From: Coriobacteriia bacterium
GTDB lineage: Bacteria > Actinomycetota > Coriobacteriia > Coriobacteriales > UBA8131
Reading direction: 5' to 3'
DNA length: 63,754 nt
Assembly: GCA_009784425.1 (NCBI GenBank)
Contig: WRBR01000001.1
Coordinates: 1 to 63,754, forward strand
The translations under genes were made by a program, and so were the position numbers. Each line of letters opens with the position of its first letter. Position 1 is the first letter of the stretch. The notes under the pieces were generated by a model. The model had not been told where the DNA came from. It saw only the letters and a list, made by a program, of their open reading frames with translations, and did no database searches. Positions 62,901 through 63,754 of the stretch are shown one piece after another.

Positions 62901-63089
62901 ACGCAAGGAGAAGGAGCTGGGTCATCGGGCGCCATAGAAAACCCTGCCACCCCGCTTGTCTCATCAAACAACGATTCTGCCAACAGTTTTGCGGCCTTCC
63001 CCTGGTGGATACTCGCACTGATAACGGCAGCTGCAGCTGGCGGCATACTAGCTCTCGTATTTTGGAAGAGAAGTAAGGCAACAAGGTAA
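56916..63089 (+). CDS. giant surface protein: signal peptide, Pro-rich spacer, many short GGxV(S/T)-type repeats (beta-helix-like), YDG/MBG-type domains, Pro/Ser-rich stalk, C-terminal TM anchor
   Basis: 2057 aa. AAGGAGAG RBS. More than 25 repeats of SGGTVS/T...G.AI. Motifs NNKTYDGTATG, GRAYDPGNTS, ADAANYTLTQP. C-terminal WWILALITAAAAGGILALVFWKRSK with no LPxTG. Confidence 0.8.
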   Translation: MIPKAQIIRLKEGLVKALLLLLCFVLVAGITPLVSGITLVTALESESDEGDGSPESSEGEGQENPPPVPAPGEPSTPTAPPANAIPANPSGPSQTPGAAGGTLPQQGYVTYIAAFDELDESTLWQGYDLGEISSQEDLELPNTLTGRDTCGNPVTIVGVTWKIADDALGFPGTPFDPAVSANYEFSPKLPEGFELAAGAETPTISVFIRPDGSRGITPLAAHVWNGEGSLLAVADGDTVTIASGAIGTLTIPAGATVAIDGTASVINDLELNINAGATVKWQASLTMTGPSTLFLSGTGTFEMTGGLVSSAGSYALWINTAPTKVLINGGAVTSTSGYGAILLSSGESQEIAVSAGTVSTTSGIAIEATYSTPLALMISGGLVSSQTHSAIYAGNAGSTVTVSGGTVTTLDSVNPVIYMVGAPADAGFVNVVVNGTGYVFTDADNSAIFTSGSVSVAGSAEVRANSSVTINARGAGSSVAVSGGTVSTISGRAISTFDASSSVAVSGGTVEAMGAGGFAIFCSGVAVTVSGTGVVSAAQASSTAIRANNPCLVTICDAGEVRATGADSIGIQSDYSIVVKDSATVSATTGRAIYTSVNNSSTVSISGGTVSATTGDAIYALQAGCALTVSGGTVEATGSGNAVHLNGSNDTVLISGGRVCAREGYALLTHTTAYSNLTINGGLLFAYGTRIAGFSDTVLWTAQLGGTFPDAAGAGLIVAWDQGVGTTTYNGGASTDLVVNPATGATAVWAFSGGAHGISYANGANTGFLPVGGVTVLTSGDLDLSVDNSSSSGINWHCDATGANYTITGDVTIIGTKTGAASGITLDIPAGATATWSATLEISGSADAVTLPGNGTLAVQSGEIAADSGHAVFATGTSSTVVVNGGAVSSSTVSAIRCTGAGNTIMVSGGLVTSAGTTSANAAILMTDTSTGTSATVSNNGSVEGAGGAIRTNGGQVAVSGNGSVKATGIAIYTASGQVTVSGNGSVAASGAGETIRTTSGSITVSGSAGVVSTGTGITIRTDDGQVTVSESGSVQSERRAINFNGAGNVLIEGDARVSTSSSAERAIDLYGGSATILGGTVSAAGGGVIGADNVSGAANSTVTVSGGTVRNNAVNNAAINMPLPPAGSGTVNVTISGTGRVENTGSGRCITSSGSVLVEDSAVVMNSSTTNAAIFSGSGTSTTVRGGLVFSYGTGINGTANVISVGFMDAGTPTVIAPGVVIAWNQTAGAALTPAHTYELRTENHILTAPASVDAQWGNHVTSGGGISYANGTNTGFIPLPVVVTKASGLMATDPAPISIANSVTTAQTFDLNSIVLSATDHGVRSYTLGAFTDVAGAGVLASAPTLSGTNNATLTYQGAGAVTGTATQVINIITEEYQDITATITFEAIDTIPLSITGITANNKTYDGTATGSYSGTAALVTTNVLAGDTVSLSGTPVVTFASAGVGTAKTVTITGLSLSGADAYKYVLDLAGYTADISTRALTITGVSAVGRAYDPGNTSVSLTGGTLQNVVAGDAVTPVVPATGTIATADVGVNKAVTLAAITLTGADAANYTLTQPAGITVNITQAIPAALTWPSAGAITYGEALSASSLTGGSTTGSWAWAAPATIPIVANSGYSIIFTPTDTINYDWSGVQLTREVSISVTRATLTGVPQIYQVAESHAFDYSFDLTTLLPSGMNTAGVSYAPLISSNAAGLLGALTYISGSTLTLPVQSVAGVGTTATITVAVPSANYHDFYVDITVTTIAKTPVTITAQMNSGTYHGGSHSYSNAVVTENMSGNPVSGVILVALYESTDGAGYSSPAAPVSAGAYQLTLSVPATHPTHSGSNVFAFTIERATVTIIADNITAVAGSSQPLYTYQISGLATGEVLSVLPVVSSPTANMIVVGTYPIVAAGAVVPSTGNYNAGIIYVNGTLTVNAAPVTPPPVDPVPPTPPTPPADPVPPTPPADSAAPTPNTSLGLTSSTAGSTPTEGSSSEAATSSATSSSNNTSVTQGEGAGSSGAIENPATPLVSSNNDSANSFAAFPWWILALITAAAAGGILALVFWKRSKATR

Positions 63090-63095
63090 GTAAAA

Positions 63096-63136
63096 GGGCC
63101 GGGTCGTTTTGTCCAGAGGACAAAACGACCCGGCCC
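63096..63136. terminator. bidirectional hairpin terminator between the convergent giant surface protein and superoxide reductase genes
   Basis: 19-bp perfect stem GGGCCGGGTCGTTTTGTCC / AGA / GGACAAAACGACCCGGCCC, 7 nt after the TAA stop. Confidence 0.7.
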
Positions 63137-63166
63137 CAGGTTTGAACCCGGTTTGAAAGCAGAAGC

Positions 63167-63541
63167 TTACAAGCGGGCTTCCCAGATTCCGTGAAGATTG
63201 CAGAGCGCCTGTACAGCAATCTGGCTGTCTGAGCGCTTGACCTCAAATGAGGCAACCGGCTCATCATTGGGCCCAAAGAGTGCCTCGCCCACAAGCTCGC
63301 CGCCGTCAAAGACGCGAATCCACTCGGTGAGATGCTCTTCGGTCTGCGGGTGCGCAATACCCTTAAGGCCAATCGAGACCTTGATAAGCTGACCAGAGGC
63401 CAACTCCTCGAGCTCTACATTTGGCGTATGCTTAAGCTCAAAGTCAGAAGCAGTGTCAGTATCCTCTATGGAATGAATCTCTTGTACAACACCATCATTT
63501 ACTTCAGTCACGGCATTATCGATATTTGCTGTGTCACTCAT
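63167..63541 (-). CDS. 1Fe superoxide reductase (neelaredoxin / desulfoferrodoxin ferrous-iron domain)
   Basis: Ligand-bearing motifs ELKHTP, HPQTEEHLTEWI and CNLHGIWE. Start set at ATG 63541 behind GGGAGG. Confidence 0.8.
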   Translation of the reverse strand: MSDTANIDNAVTEVNDGVVQEIHSIEDTDTASDFELKHTPNVELEELASGQLIKVSIGLKGIAHPQTEEHLTEWIRVFDGGELVGEALFGPNDEPVASFEVKRSDSQIAVQALCNLHGIWEARL

Positions 63542-63656
63542 GTTGACCTCCCGGTTTTTTTTCAATAGTAAGGGCCTTTAGCGGCTCGTCGTAGTGTAGC
63601 ACAAGTGACTCATGGGGACGGGGAAAGTGACTCAGTGGCACAGTGGGGTCAGTTCC

Positions 63657-63754
63657 TGCCGCGTTTGCACGCAAAAAGACGACTTTTACAGCATTTTAGC
63701 CCGATTTGGGGGTTTTTTGAGCCAAAAGTCGTCTTTTTGCGTGCAAACGCGGCA
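63657..63754. repeat. inverted repeat with 31-bp perfect arms, reaching the window edge
   Basis: TGCCGCGTTTGCACGCAAAAAGACGACTTTT at 63657-63687 and its exact reverse complement at 63724-63754. Confidence 0.85.

Overview
About 64 kb of chromosome from a high-GC Gram-positive anaerobe. Gene content and style suggest Coriobacteriia or a similar Actinomycetota lineage, but that is a guess only. nt 1-35,900 is mostly housekeeping: a TPR protein, ndk, mreB-mreC-mreD-PBP2-rodA, a radical-SAM/DUF2344 pair, a Bce-like response regulator/kinase/ABC module, VanZ, a membrane-anchored clostripain-like peptidase, pcrA, a CPBP protease, an ABC-F ATPase, an M50 protease, trpS, scpA-scpB-rluB and ruvC-ruvA-ruvB. 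nt 35,900-45,300 is an accessory defence/toxin-antitoxin island that looks more AT-rich by eye (not computed). It holds an MmeI-like Type IIL restriction-modification enzyme, a deleted Mrr remnant, a minimal nucleotidyltransferase + HTH gene pair, a DUF4143 ATPase, a zinc-ribbon orphan, gene fragments with an orphan immunity-like gene, mazEF and a truncated methyltransferase. nt 45,300-63,100 is a surface-protein island: a lipoprotein behind a (CT)23 tract, a 1930-aa isopeptide-domain adhesin, a LytTR response regulator / Gly-rich anchored protein / 7TM kinase operon, and a 2057-aa repeat protein. A 1Fe superoxide reductase follows. I found no tRNA, rRNA, CRISPR array, integrase or transposase. 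The most unusual signal is not a gene. It is a dense superfamily of nested palindromic repeats built around a GGGGACGG(GG) core, at 14 or more loci in the window. Four copies are translated in frame inside conserved genes: pcrA twice, the radical-SAM gene and the ABC-F gene. Other copies supply the stop codon or C-terminal tail of ruvC, VanZ and an adhesin. The coding copies are stop-free variants with paired substitutions on both arms. This behaviour resembles Rickettsia palindromic elements, and I do not know of a description of it in this type of organism. The second candidate is the nucleotidyltransferase + C-terminal-HTH cassette bracketed by GTGTCACGGGGA arrays in the defence island. All family assignments come from motif recognition by eye; no database search was run.
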